Source of the DNA: an uncultured bacterium
GTDB taxonomy: Bacteria; Krumholzibacteriota; Krumholzibacteriia; WVZY01
NCBI GenBank assembly: GCA_964645735.1
Contig: CAZYCB010000047.1
Span: 1 to 39,015, forward strand
Direction: 5' to 3'
Length of the DNA stretch: 39,015 nt
In this document: one piece after another, positions 9,069 to 17,034 of the stretch
Layout: each line of letters begins with the position of its first letter
Position numbering within the stretch: position 1 is the stretch's first letter
Program-made: the position numbers and the translations under genes
Notes under the pieces: model-generated
Seen by the model: only the letters and a program-made list of their open reading frames with translations
Databases searched by the model: none
Told to the model about the DNA's origin: nothing

Positions 9069-10289
9069 CTACTCGAGGATTTTCTGGAACGCCTTTTCCC
9101 TGCACGCCGTCTCGAAAACGATATCTGCGATCTCGTGCTTGCTCTTGAGGCCCGTGGAGAGCACTTTGCCTGCGCTGTTGTAGATCGTCACCGCGTTCGT
9201 CTCGTGCTCGAAGGCGGCGCCTTCCTCCCGCGGATTGTTCGCGACCATGAGATTGCAGTTCTTCCCGGCCAGTTTTCGCTGCGCGTTTCGGTCGAGGTTC
9301 TCCGTCTCGACCGCGAAACCGATGATGAAGCGGTCGCCCTTGATCCCTCCGAGAGATGCGAGTATGTCCTCGGTTCGCGTGAGCTCGAGAGACCACGACT
9401 CGCTCTTCTGTTTATCGTCGAGCGGAGAAACGGGGCGAAAATCGGAAACCGCCGCAGCCATGACGAGGACATCGTGATCGGGGAACTCGCGGTGAAGCAC
9501 CTGCGACATCTCGGACGAGGTCCTCACGCGGATGAGTTGGACCCCCACGGGCGACGGCACCGACACCCCCGCCGCAACGACGGTGACGCGGGCGCCTCTC
9601 GCCCGCGACGCTTCGGCGAGCGCGAACCCCATGCGCCCCGACGACCGGTTGGAAATCACGCGGACCGGATCGAGGTCTTCCTCCGTGCCCCCGGCGCTCA
9701 CGAGTACGTTGAGACCCGCGAAGGCCGAGCTGCAGACCGTCCTAATGAAATCGGCTATCTTCTCGGGCTCGGCCATCCTCCCCTCGGACTCGTACCCGCA
9801 CGCGAGTTCGCCCCTCTCGGGTGGAACGACTCGAAACCCGCGTGAGGCGAGTTTCCTGAGGTTGGCCTGTGTAGCGACGTTCCGCCACATCACATCGTTC
9901 ATCGCCGGGGCGAGAACAACCGGGCCGTCGTACGCGCAGATGACAGTGCTGAGGAGATCGTCGGCGGCCGCGCCGGCGAACTTGGCGATCGAATTGGCCG
10001 TGGCGGGAGCCACGATCGCGAGATCGGGCCATCGGGCCAGATCGATATGTTCGATCGGAGAGACCGTCCCTCGCTCGGCCGCCCCGCCGAACATGCGGAT
10101 GTGAACGGCATTTTCCGACAAGGCTTCGAAAGTGAGAGGGGCAACGAATTCACACGCGGACTCGGTCATGATGACCTTGATTTCGGCCCCTTGGATGCGG
10201 AGCAGCCGCAGAAGATAGACGGACTTGTATGCGGCGATTCCCCCCGTGACGCCCAGAAGTATTTTCTTGCCCTCGAGCGCTCCCTTCAT
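9069..10289 (-). CDS. coaBC: bifunctional phosphopantothenoylcysteine decarboxylase / phosphopantothenate--cysteine ligase
   Basis: 406 aa. Flavoprotein N-terminus ILLGVTGGIAAYK. CoaB half with SNRSSGRMGFALAE and MAAAVSDFRP. Confidence 0.95.
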   Translation of the reverse strand: MKGALEGKKILLGVTGGIAAYKSVYLLRLLRIQGAEIKVIMTESACEFVAPLTFEALSENAVHIRMFGGAAERGTVSPIEHIDLARWPDLAIVAPATANSIAKFAGAAADDLLSTVICAYDGPVVLAPAMNDVMWRNVATQANLRKLASRGFRVVPPERGELACGYESEGRMAEPEKIADFIRTVCSSAFAGLNVLVSAGGTEEDLDPVRVISNRSSGRMGFALAEASRARGARVTVVAAGVSVPSPVGVQLIRVRTSSEMSQVLHREFPDHDVLVMAAAVSDFRPVSPLDDKQKSESWSLELTRTEDILASLGGIKGDRFIIGFAVETENLDRNAQRKLAGKNCNLMVANNPREEGAAFEHETNAVTIYNSAGKVLSTGLKSKHEIADIVFETACREKAFQKILE

Positions 10290-10371
10290 CTGCCCATCTC
10301 CCCGTGGTCCAGGTTCGACGAGAACGACGCCCCACGTTTCGAAGCTCCGCTGTCCTTCCGGACGAACGGGG

Positions 10372-10608
10372 CTACTCTTCGTCCTCCTCGAAGACGTCCT
10401 TGTTGGATGCTTCGTCCGCGTACTTGAACTTGATCTTGTTCTCCAGAAGCCGGGAGAGCGCCATCATCGTGGGTTTCTGTTCCGTTTCCTGAGCGCCGTG
10501 AACGAGGAGTGCGTTGATTCGCCTCGCCTCTTTGGCGACAACTCTCACCGCTTCATACTTGTTCGGAATGACTTCGGTCAGCTTATCGATCAGCACGATT
10601 TTTTTCAT
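10372..10608 (-). CDS. rpoZ: DNA-directed RNA polymerase subunit omega
   Basis: 78 aa. Conserved omega core NKYEAVRVVAKEARRIN, acidic tail, classic gmk-rpoZ neighbourhood. GAGAGG upstream of ATG 10608. Confidence 0.85.
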   Translation of the reverse strand: MKKIVLIDKLTEVIPNKYEAVRVVAKEARRINALLVHGAQETEQKPTMMALSRLLENKIKFKYADEASNKDVFEEDEE

Positions 10609-10673
10609 TGGACCTCTCTTGAAGAGTGGGCTTTCGGACGTCCCGCCTGCAGCCGCGTGTGTTCCGCGACCGG

Positions 10674-11294
10674 TTACCCCGCCGCTCCGCGCTCGAACGG
10701 CCGGAGGTAACCCTCCGGAAACCGCCCGCGCCGGCAGCGTTCGGCGACGACGATCGCGCGGAGCGCCGCGACCGCCTCTTTGAGCTCATCGTTCACGACG
10801 ACGTACTCGTACTCCGGCAGCGCGCGAAGCTCGCTGCGGGCGTTTGCCATTCGCGTTTTGATGTCTTCTTCCAGATCGGCGGCCCGGCGCGTGATGCGCC
10901 GTTCGAGCACCTCGAACGACGGTGGTAAAATAAAGACCATGACCGCGTCGGGAAAGGACTTTTTCACCTCTCGGCCGCCCTGCACGTCGATGCTGAGGAT
11001 GACGTCGACGCCTTTCTCGAGCGACTTCTCCACGAACTCCCGGGGAGTGCCGTAGAGGTACCCGTGAACCTCCGCCCATTCTATGAGCTTGCCCCGCTTG
11101 AGCTTCTCGAATTCCTCTCCGTCGACGAAGACGTAAGACTGGCCGTTGACTTCGCCCGAGCGCGGAGTTCTCGTGGTCGTCGAAATGGAGCGCTGGAGCA
11201 TCGGGAGCGACCCGACGAGCTCGCCAACGAGCGTGGTCTTTCCGACCCCCGAAGGGCCGGAGACCACTATGGGAAATGCCCTCGTGACGCGCAC
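10674..11294 (-). CDS. gmk: guanylate kinase
   Basis: The ORF-track start 11840 is an artefact. GTG 11294 is preceded by GGGGAGGAG. P-loop VVSGPSGVGKTTL and STTTRTPRSGEVNGQSYVFV signature. 206 aa. Confidence 0.93.
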   Translation of the reverse strand: MRVTRAFPIVVSGPSGVGKTTLVGELVGSLPMLQRSISTTTRTPRSGEVNGQSYVFVDGEEFEKLKRGKLIEWAEVHGYLYGTPREFVEKSLEKGVDVILSIDVQGGREVKKSFPDAVMVFILPPSFEVLERRITRRAADLEEDIKTRMANARSELRALPEYEYVVVNDELKEAVAALRAIVVAERCRRGRFPEGYLRPFERGAAG

Positions 11295-11347
11295 CTGCTC
11301 CTCCCCGCGACGCCGGTCAGTGGAACCTCGCACGCGCGGCGGCGCCC

Positions 11348-12223
11348 CTACTCCAGGTTCTGCACCTGTTCGCGAATCTTCTCGGTCTCCTCTTTCAGAG
11401 AAACCATGGCGGTGACGATCTCGGCATCGGCCGCTTTGGAGCAAATCGTCGTGACTTCGCGGTGGATTTCCTGAAGCAGATACGTGAGCCGTTTCGCGAC
11501 CGTTCCTCCGTCGTCGACGCAGCTTCTGAACTGCGAGAGGTGGCTCTTCAGACGGGTAATCTCCTCGGTGAAATCGATTCGGTCGGCGAGAAGAGCGATC
11601 TCCGTCATCCAGCGATCGTTGTCGATCCGCGCCCCGTCTATGAGCTTGGTGACGCGCTCCTTGAACGCGGCGTTGTGCTCCGCGAGAGCTCCGGGCGCGC
11701 TTTTCTCTGTCTTTTTCACTACGCGATCGATGATCGCGATTCGAGCGAGGAGATCTTTTTCCAGCGCCCGACCTTCGGTTTCCCGCATTTTGGCGCACGC
11801 GCCGAGCGCCTGTTTCATTGCCTTCTCGGCGAGAGGCCACAGATCGTCGGCGTCGTTCTCGTTCTCCCTCAGCGAGAACACCTCCGGAAGCGCGGCGAGC
11901 GTATCGATGCCCACGCCCCCTTCGAGCTTGTGCCTTCTCGCGAACTGTTGGAGCTGCTTCATGTACTGCTCCATGAGGGTGAGGTTGATGCTCACCTCGT
12001 ATCTCGGCACGACGGACTCCGCCGCCATCGTGAGCGACACACGTCCCCGAGCGATGCGTTCCTTGATCATGTCTTTGATCTCGGGTTCGCGGTCCATCAG
12101 CGGCTTCGGGAGCTTCGCCGCGATGTCGAGGAAGCGGTGGTTGACAGTACGGATCTCAACGGATACCTTTCCCGTTCGATCAGAGATTTCCGCATGGCCA
12201 AACCCGGTCATACTGACGAGCAT
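11348..12223 (-). CDS. yicC: YicC-family stress-induced protein (putative endoribonuclease)
   Basis: 291 aa. N-terminal SMTGFG, VEIRTVNHRFLD, and a C-terminal DUF1732-like REVTTICSKA. AAGGAG upstream of ATG 12223. Confidence 0.9.
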   Translation of the reverse strand: MLVSMTGFGHAEISDRTGKVSVEIRTVNHRFLDIAAKLPKPLMDREPEIKDMIKERIARGRVSLTMAAESVVPRYEVSINLTLMEQYMKQLQQFARRHKLEGGVGIDTLAALPEVFSLRENENDADDLWPLAEKAMKQALGACAKMRETEGRALEKDLLARIAIIDRVVKKTEKSAPGALAEHNAAFKERVTKLIDGARIDNDRWMTEIALLADRIDFTEEITRLKSHLSQFRSCVDDGGTVAKRLTYLLQEIHREVTTICSKAADAEIVTAMVSLKEETEKIREQVQNLE

Positions 12224-12242
12224 GCGTGTCGCTCCTTATCGG

Positions 12243-12272
12243 TTGAATCTCGCTGTCGAGACGTTCTATCAT
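12243..12272 (+). promoter_or_regulatory. sigma70-type promoter for rqcH (TTGAAT-N18-TATCAT)
   Basis: Plus strand: -35 TTGAAT (12243-12248), 18-nt spacer, -10 TATCAT (12267-12272). This -10 occupies the same base pairs as the yicC -10. Confidence 0.45.
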
Positions 12273-12296
12273 AGACAGAGGTTCGCGTGGTGTCAA
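12268..12296 (-). promoter_or_regulatory. sigma70-type promoter for yicC (TTGACA-N17-TATGAT)
   Basis: Minus strand: -35 TTGACA (12296-12291), 17-nt spacer, -10 TATGAT (12273-12268). About 38 nt upstream of the yicC ATG. Confidence 0.6.
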
Positions 12297-12353
12297 TGGA
12301 TAAATCCTAAACACATAACGACTTAATTCCCCGGGACGACGGGTCCCGCTTCG

Positions 12354-14015
12354 ATGAACCATTTCCTGCTCCACATTCTGGCCTCCAGTGCCGGGCGCGC
12401 GCTCCGCGGGCACAAGATCGGTGTCGTCCGTTCGCTCCCGCCCGTCCTCTCCATCGAATTCCGGGGAGACCGCGAGGTCCGGTACGGCGTTATCATCCTC
12501 TCCGCGCCGGGCCCGTTCTGCTATTTCGATCGAGCGGACCCGCTCGCAGGCCGGGGAACGGAGGTTTTCCGCCGCATTGCGGGTTTCTCCGTGTCGCACG
12601 TGGAAGTCCCGCCGTGCGACCGTGTGCTGCACGTCGAGCTTTCCGGATCCGGATCTCGCGAGAAGGTCGTGCTCGCCGTGTCGCTTTTCGGCAGCACGGC
12701 CAAGGTTCGCGTGGAAAGCCGCGGATCCATAGTGGAATCGCTCGATCCCAGAGAGAGCGGACAGCCCTCGCCCCCCCAACGATCATGGCACGGAGCAACC
12801 CTCGTCACCGTCGACGCCTCCACACTGGCTCGGCTGTTCGCCCCCGCGGAGAACGTCACGGACGAGGGGAAAACGGCCATCGAGACGCCCGAACGTAAAG
12901 CCGTCGGACTGACGCGGGAATGTGTCGATGCCTTCACGGCCGTCCCCGGATCCGTAGATGTCGACCGGCTCCTTGCGTTTCGCGACGGCATGCTCGGCGC
13001 CGGAACGCCTTTCGTGCTGGGCACGCGCGGGCGGGCGGGCGCGGTCGTTCCCCTGCCCCCGTCCGCGGCTGACGGCGAAGATCCTCGTCTTGTCGCTGTG
13101 TATGGACCTTTCTCGAACGCCGAGGCTGCGTGCAGGGAAGTGGGGACGTCGATCCTCCTCACCGTCCGGGACGACGTCATCGCTCGCCGCGCCTCCGGTC
13201 TCAAGAAACTCGTGTCGAGCCGCAAGCGGTTGCTCTCCGCGCTCGAGCAGCAGCAGAGGGATGCCGATTCCTACGAGACGTGGCGGAACGAGGCAAACGT
13301 GCTCGCTGCGTACCAGTCGCAGATCCCCTCCGGCGCGTCGGAAGTGACGCTCCCCGATCTCTACGGGTCGGGCGTGCGAACGATCGCGCTGGATCCTTCC
13401 GTGTCGATAACGACGCAGATCAAGAAGCGTTTCAAACAAGCGGCGAAGCTCGAAAGAAGCCGCGCGGCGGTCGAGAAGCGGATGCGAACGGTCTCCGAGG
13501 AAATAGAGCGGATCGAGCGAAGCCTTGCCCAGGCCATGGGGAGCGATTCGCTCGGCGCCGCCGTTGCTTTGATCGACGAGTGCACCCGCGCGTCGGGACT
13601 CGGTCCCGGCGCACCGAAAGCGCAGAGAGTCCGGCTCGAGAAACAACTCCGGCGCTTCGAGCTGGACGATCAGTGGTTCGTTCTCGTCGGAAGGAGCGAC
13701 AGGGAGAACGACGAGATCACGTTCCGCATCGCCTCACCCGATGACCTGTGGTTCCACGCCCAGCACGTCGCGGGCTCCCACGTCGTGCTCAAGTCGCACG
13801 GATCTCCGGGCAACCCTCCCGACTCCGTTCTCGAGGCCGCCGCCGGCATCGCAGCGCACTATTCGAAAGCCCGCCGCGCGTCGGTCGTTCCCGTGATCTA
13901 CACACAGCGCAAGTACGTTCGGAAGTTCAGGGGATCCAAGCCCGGCCAGGTCGTGTGCGAGAGGGAGAAAACGATTTTCGCCGAACCGAGACTTCCGGAA
14001 TCCGCAGAGGAATAG
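12354..14015 (+). CDS. rqcH: NFACT-family ribosome quality-control protein (RqcH / FbpA-like)
   Basis: 553 aa. N-terminal NFACT-N with a DR dipeptide (PPCDRVLHVEL), a central coiled coil, and a C-terminal NFACT-R/DUF814 (WFHAQHVAGSHVVLK ... AAHYSKARRASVVPVIYTQRKYVRK). No clear SD before ATG 12354, so the start is less certain. Confidence 0.8.
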   Translation: MNHFLLHILASSAGRALRGHKIGVVRSLPPVLSIEFRGDREVRYGVIILSAPGPFCYFDRADPLAGRGTEVFRRIAGFSVSHVEVPPCDRVLHVELSGSGSREKVVLAVSLFGSTAKVRVESRGSIVESLDPRESGQPSPPQRSWHGATLVTVDASTLARLFAPAENVTDEGKTAIETPERKAVGLTRECVDAFTAVPGSVDVDRLLAFRDGMLGAGTPFVLGTRGRAGAVVPLPPSAADGEDPRLVAVYGPFSNAEAACREVGTSILLTVRDDVIARRASGLKKLVSSRKRLLSALEQQQRDADSYETWRNEANVLAAYQSQIPSGASEVTLPDLYGSGVRTIALDPSVSITTQIKKRFKQAAKLERSRAAVEKRMRTVSEEIERIERSLAQAMGSDSLGAAVALIDECTRASGLGPGAPKAQRVRLEKQLRRFELDDQWFVLVGRSDRENDEITFRIASPDDLWFHAQHVAGSHVVLKSHGSPGNPPDSVLEAAAGIAAHYSKARRASVVPVIYTQRKYVRKFRGSKPGQVVCEREKTIFAEPRLPESAEE

Positions 14016-14020
14016 ATCAT

Positions 14021-14076
14021 GGGGTTGGCTTGCCGGAGCGGTGCGACGGACTGCACTCCTCCGGCGAGCCCACCCC
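14021..14076 (+). terminator. long GC-rich hairpin directly after the rqcH stop (terminator or 3' stabiliser, no U tract)
   Basis: GGGGUUGGCU..UGCCGGAG..GGUGC-loop-GCACU..CUCCGGCG..AGCCCACCCC. About 22 pairs in three stacked helices. The two G-U pairs exist only on the plus-strand RNA. Confidence 0.4.
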
Positions 14077-14083
14077 GCGCCCC

Positions 14084-14120
14084 CCAAAAACAAGAAGAGG
14101 CACGTTTGGAGACGTGCCTC
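14084..14120 (-). terminator. rho-independent terminator (minus strand)
   Basis: Perfect 9-bp stem GAGGCACGT / ACGTGCCTC (14097-14105 / 14112-14120) with a 6-nt loop. On the minus strand it is followed by UUCUUGUUUUUGG (14096-14084). Confidence 0.7.
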
Positions 14121-14426
14121 AACTTGTGTCAAAGAGGGTAATACCACAGCGGAATCTAGCTAAGGGCAAGGGCTATGATTCACTGAGCTGACGAGCCACT
14201 CAGGGGAAGGCGACAGACACGTGGAGCGCCTGTTGACCTTTTTTCGACAGAGCCTTGGCGTGGCCAGACGTACTACCCCCTCTTTACCACCGAGTGTTTC
14301 CTCTTCCTGCGTTCCGTGTTGGCGAAACACAGCCGCATCGAGCTGTTGCCCACACGCGGCATTTGGGCATGCGCAACTCTTATGCCAACACAGACTCTCG
14401 CCGCAAGCAATCGCGGCTTGCAATGC
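14084..14426 (-). ncRNA. candidate unannotated structured RNA or unusually long 3' UTR (~340 nt), family unknown
   Basis: Non-coding tract with 50-57% GC between convergent genes, bounded by the minus-strand terminator at 14084-14120. There is a TACAAT box at 14432-14427 (no good -35). Several local perfect hairpins are present (GCAAGC/GCTTGC, GTGTT/AACAC, TGCCCA/TGGGCA). Confidence 0.35.
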
Positions 14427-14528
14427 ATTGTAGAACAACCACTTAGAACAACGGATCGGATTGGCAGGAGGCAGGAGCGGAATCGGAGTCCACGCGTCGT
14501 AAAAAATTCTTACGGCAGTAACAATTCC

Positions 14529-14903
14529 TTACTTCTCTGTGAATCCACCTTCCGTTTGAATGATGCCGGTCCACTCTGCCGGTGGAGTCCCGTCGTAGAT
14601 GCACTCGTCGTGCCCTTCCCAGCAAATCTGTAACACGGCGCCCGGAGCGAGCGACATCCCGCCGGCGGGTAACGGAGCCGTTCTTACTTGAATGCGGATC
14701 TCGTTACCGCCGACCCACTCGAACTTGGCCGAGAGCTTGACCGTCGTCGTGAAGATGAACGTCTGCCCGGCGTAAGGAACGTGTGTCACCCCCGGAAAGA
14801 CAGCGACCGTCGTCGGGACAGGCAGTTCCTGTGCCGTACACACCGCAGGCCCCAGCATGAAAGCGAGAGCGAGAATGGACAAAACCGCCGAAAGTCGTTT
14901 CAT
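14529..14903 (-). CDS. hypothetical secreted protein (124 aa)
   Basis: ATG 14903 with AGGGG ~7 nt upstream. Signal peptide MKRLSAVLSILALAFMLGPAVCTA/QE. The mature ~100 aa are beta-rich with two Cys (ICWEGHDECIYDG). No family recognised. The longer ORF-track version (to 15323) overlaps selB and is rejected. Confidence 0.6.
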   Translation of the reverse strand: MKRLSAVLSILALAFMLGPAVCTAQELPVPTTVAVFPGVTHVPYAGQTFIFTTTVKLSAKFEWVGGNEIRIQVRTAPLPAGGMSLAPGAVLQICWEGHDECIYDGTPPAEWTGIIQTEGGFTEK

Positions 14904-15013
14904 GAACACCCCTACTCGGTTGATGGCGCCGCCGGAGAACCTTGCGAGGCCGCGCCCATCAGCGAGAGCATATGCCCAACGCGTCACTCGAAATCTTGGA
15001 TCAACCCGCCAGT

Positions 15014-15022
15014 AGTATAGCA
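15014..15022 (-). promoter_or_regulatory. extended -10 element (TGCTATACT) upstream of the secreted-protein gene
   Basis: Minus strand: TG-C-TATACT. The -35 is weak (CTTCCG at 17 nt). About 105 nt upstream of ATG 14903. Confidence 0.4.
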
Positions 15023-15078
15023 CGCTTTTCCTCCAACGGAAGCGTCTTTCTCCGCAACCCTCGCCGTTTTGCGGCCGT

Positions 15079-17034
15079 TCACGCGCTTGCCCCCCCAGGG
15101 GTCGCCGCCGCACGGCCCAGGTTCGGCCCTCTGCGCCGGACGTTTCCACTGCGGGTCGTGAGATTCGCCCGGTCGAGGTACTCGAGGAGCGGGATTGCGT
15201 GCTTGCGCGTAATCCCAAACAGTTCTTTAAGATCCCCCACGGCGAGTTCCTCGTGATTGTCGAACCACGCCCGAAGCGCCTGGACGCACGCATCGTGAGC
15301 GGCAGCGTGCAGGCAGCCGTCATCCCCGATACGCACGATCCGCCCGCTCTCTCTCAAGAACTGGAGCGCGTCCTGGAGCGGGCTCGGTCCGTTCCACGCC
15401 GGCACCAAATCGGTGACGCCGAGATAGACCAAACCGGCTTTTTTGATGATCGCTTCCAGTCCGTCGATCTCCCGGGCGAGATGCCCCTCGAGTTCGATGG
15501 TCCTGCTTCCCGTCCGGACACGGTTATCTTTGACGAACAGCGGCGTCGTTTTCGAAAGCTCGTCGAGAACGTCGTTGAACACGGGGGGCGGATGGGGGAA
15601 ACGCACCTTCTGCCGGAGCTCCTCCTTGTCCATGCCGTACCGAAGGGGATGCGACGCCTCGTATTCGGCCGAGAGCACGTTCACGCGATTGGCGAGCGCG
15701 GCAAGCACGCGCCGGGCGAAGACGACGCCGCTCTTCACGACGACCTTGCCCTCCTGCTCCAGCCTTTTCGCCGTGTCTGCATCGAGCGCGTGTTCTTTTA
15801 TCCCCTGTAAACCGGCGGCCTCGAGCGCTTGCAGCAGTTTCTCTCCCGGCCCTCCCGATTCCCTGAGCCGGAGACCCTCGAGGACGGCCGCATCTCCCCG
15901 CCGATGCCGCGAAGGGCTGGGATCGATGACGCGCCCGCCGCCGAGCACTCTCGTCGGCGAGTACCTGCGAACGATGAAATAATCCCCCTCGCTCGCCACG
16001 ATGGGCTTTTCGAGCCGCAGCTGTACGAAGCCGCTCTTACCGGAACGAAGCTCGTTGCCCTCGAGTAGCCCCACCCTGCCCAGGACCTCCACGGCGCCGT
16101 GATGCACGCGCACTCGTTCCCGGTGCTTCAGCTCGAAAGGGGCGTATTCGGCGAGATGCACGCGCGCGTCGAGAACCGAACTCGCCGCAAACATGGAGGG
16201 CGTCACCAGCATGTCCCCTCGGGAAACATCGTCGAGCTTCAGGCCTTGAAGGGCGATCGCGAGCCTTTCGCCGGCGAACCCGCGTTCTTTCTTCTCCCCG
16301 AAACTCTGAATCTCGCGAACGCGGACCGCTTTCTTCGACGGGAGGAGTTCGAGCGAGTCCCCGACGGCGACCGAGCCCGAGTAGCCGCTCCCGGTGATGA
16401 CCACGCCGATTCCCTGTATGTGAAAAACTCGATCGACGGCGAGGCGGAAAGGCCCCGTGCGTTCGCGCTCCGCTATCCGGTGCGTGAGATCGAGCAGAGT
16501 CCGCTTGAGCGCATCGACCCCTTCACCCGTCTTCGCCGATGTCTCGACGACGGGTGCGTTCTCGAGGAACGTTCCCTTCACCAGATCCGCGATATCGTCC
16601 TTGACGATGGAGAGCGTCTCCTCCGTCGCCAGGTCCACTTTCGAAATGACGATGACGCCGTTGGCGATGTGGAGGGAGTGCAGGACTTCGAGGTGTTCCT
16701 TTGTCTGGGGCATCACTCCTTCGTCCGCGGCGACGAGGAGCATGGCGAGGTCGATCCCGCAAGCACCGGCGACCATTTGCCTGACGAAGCGCTCGTGGCC
16801 AGGCACGTCCACGACGCCGATCATGGTTTCCGGATCCAGGGGCAAAGGGGCGAACCCGAGCTCGATCGAGATCCCCCGTTCCTTTTCCTCCTTGAGACGG
16901 TCCGTGTTCCATCCCGTCAGGCGGCTGACGAGTTCCGTCTTGCCGTGGTCCACGTGTCCCGCGGTGCCCAGTATGAAACGGCGTTTCGCCACGTCGCTGC
17001 CCCGTGCGTTTCCGGTCGAAGAAGATGTCGTCAT
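15079..17034 (-). CDS. selB: selenocysteine-specific translation elongation factor SelB
   Basis: 651 aa from ATG 17034; the ORF-track 1154-aa version is an upstream artefact. G domain ILGTAGHVDHGKTEL, DVPGHERF, ISKVDL. C-terminal winged-helix region with ITRKHAIPLLEYLDR, typical of SelB. The start overlaps the murA stop (ATGA). Confidence 0.93.
   Translation of the reverse strand: MTTSSSTGNARGSDVAKRRFILGTAGHVDHGKTELVSRLTGWNTDRLKEEKERGISIELGFAPLPLDPETMIGVVDVPGHERFVRQMVAGACGIDLAMLLVAADEGVMPQTKEHLEVLHSLHIANGVIVISKVDLATEETLSIVKDDIADLVKGTFLENAPVVETSAKTGEGVDALKRTLLDLTHRIAERERTGPFRLAVDRVFHIQGIGVVITGSGYSGSVAVGDSLELLPSKKAVRVREIQSFGEKKERGFAGERLAIALQGLKLDDVSRGDMLVTPSMFAASSVLDARVHLAEYAPFELKHRERVRVHHGAVEVLGRVGLLEGNELRSGKSGFVQLRLEKPIVASEGDYFIVRRYSPTRVLGGGRVIDPSPSRHRRGDAAVLEGLRLRESGGPGEKLLQALEAAGLQGIKEHALDADTAKRLEQEGKVVVKSGVVFARRVLAALANRVNVLSAEYEASHPLRYGMDKEELRQKVRFPHPPPVFNDVLDELSKTTPLFVKDNRVRTGSRTIELEGHLAREIDGLEAIIKKAGLVYLGVTDLVPAWNGPSPLQDALQFLRESGRIVRIGDDGCLHAAAHDACVQALRAWFDNHEELAVGDLKELFGITRKHAIPLLEYLDRANLTTRSGNVRRRGPNLGRAAATPGGASA

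Noticed and set aside
14084-14432. Identification of this tract as RNase P RNA, tmRNA, SRP RNA or a hammerhead ribozyme.
   Set aside because: There is no GAGGAAAGUCC or ACAGAA-CCGGCUUA (RNase P); only an imperfect GAGGAAACACUCGG is present. There is no tRNA-like GGUUCGA-UCC...CCA end (tmRNA) and no GGAA-tetraloop AGCAGCC motif (SRP). The CUGACGAG at about 14186-14193 (plus strand) lacks the matching GAAA and stem arrangement of a hammerhead.
14160-14438. 92-aa Cys-rich minus-strand ORF (MFYNALQAAIACGESLCWHKSCACPNAACG...) as a possible RiPP precursor or small secreted peptide.
   Set aside because: It has a TTG start without an SD. Its third codon positions are A/T-rich, unlike every confident gene here, and it has no partner modification enzymes. 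It is more likely a chance ORF in a non-coding RNA tract.
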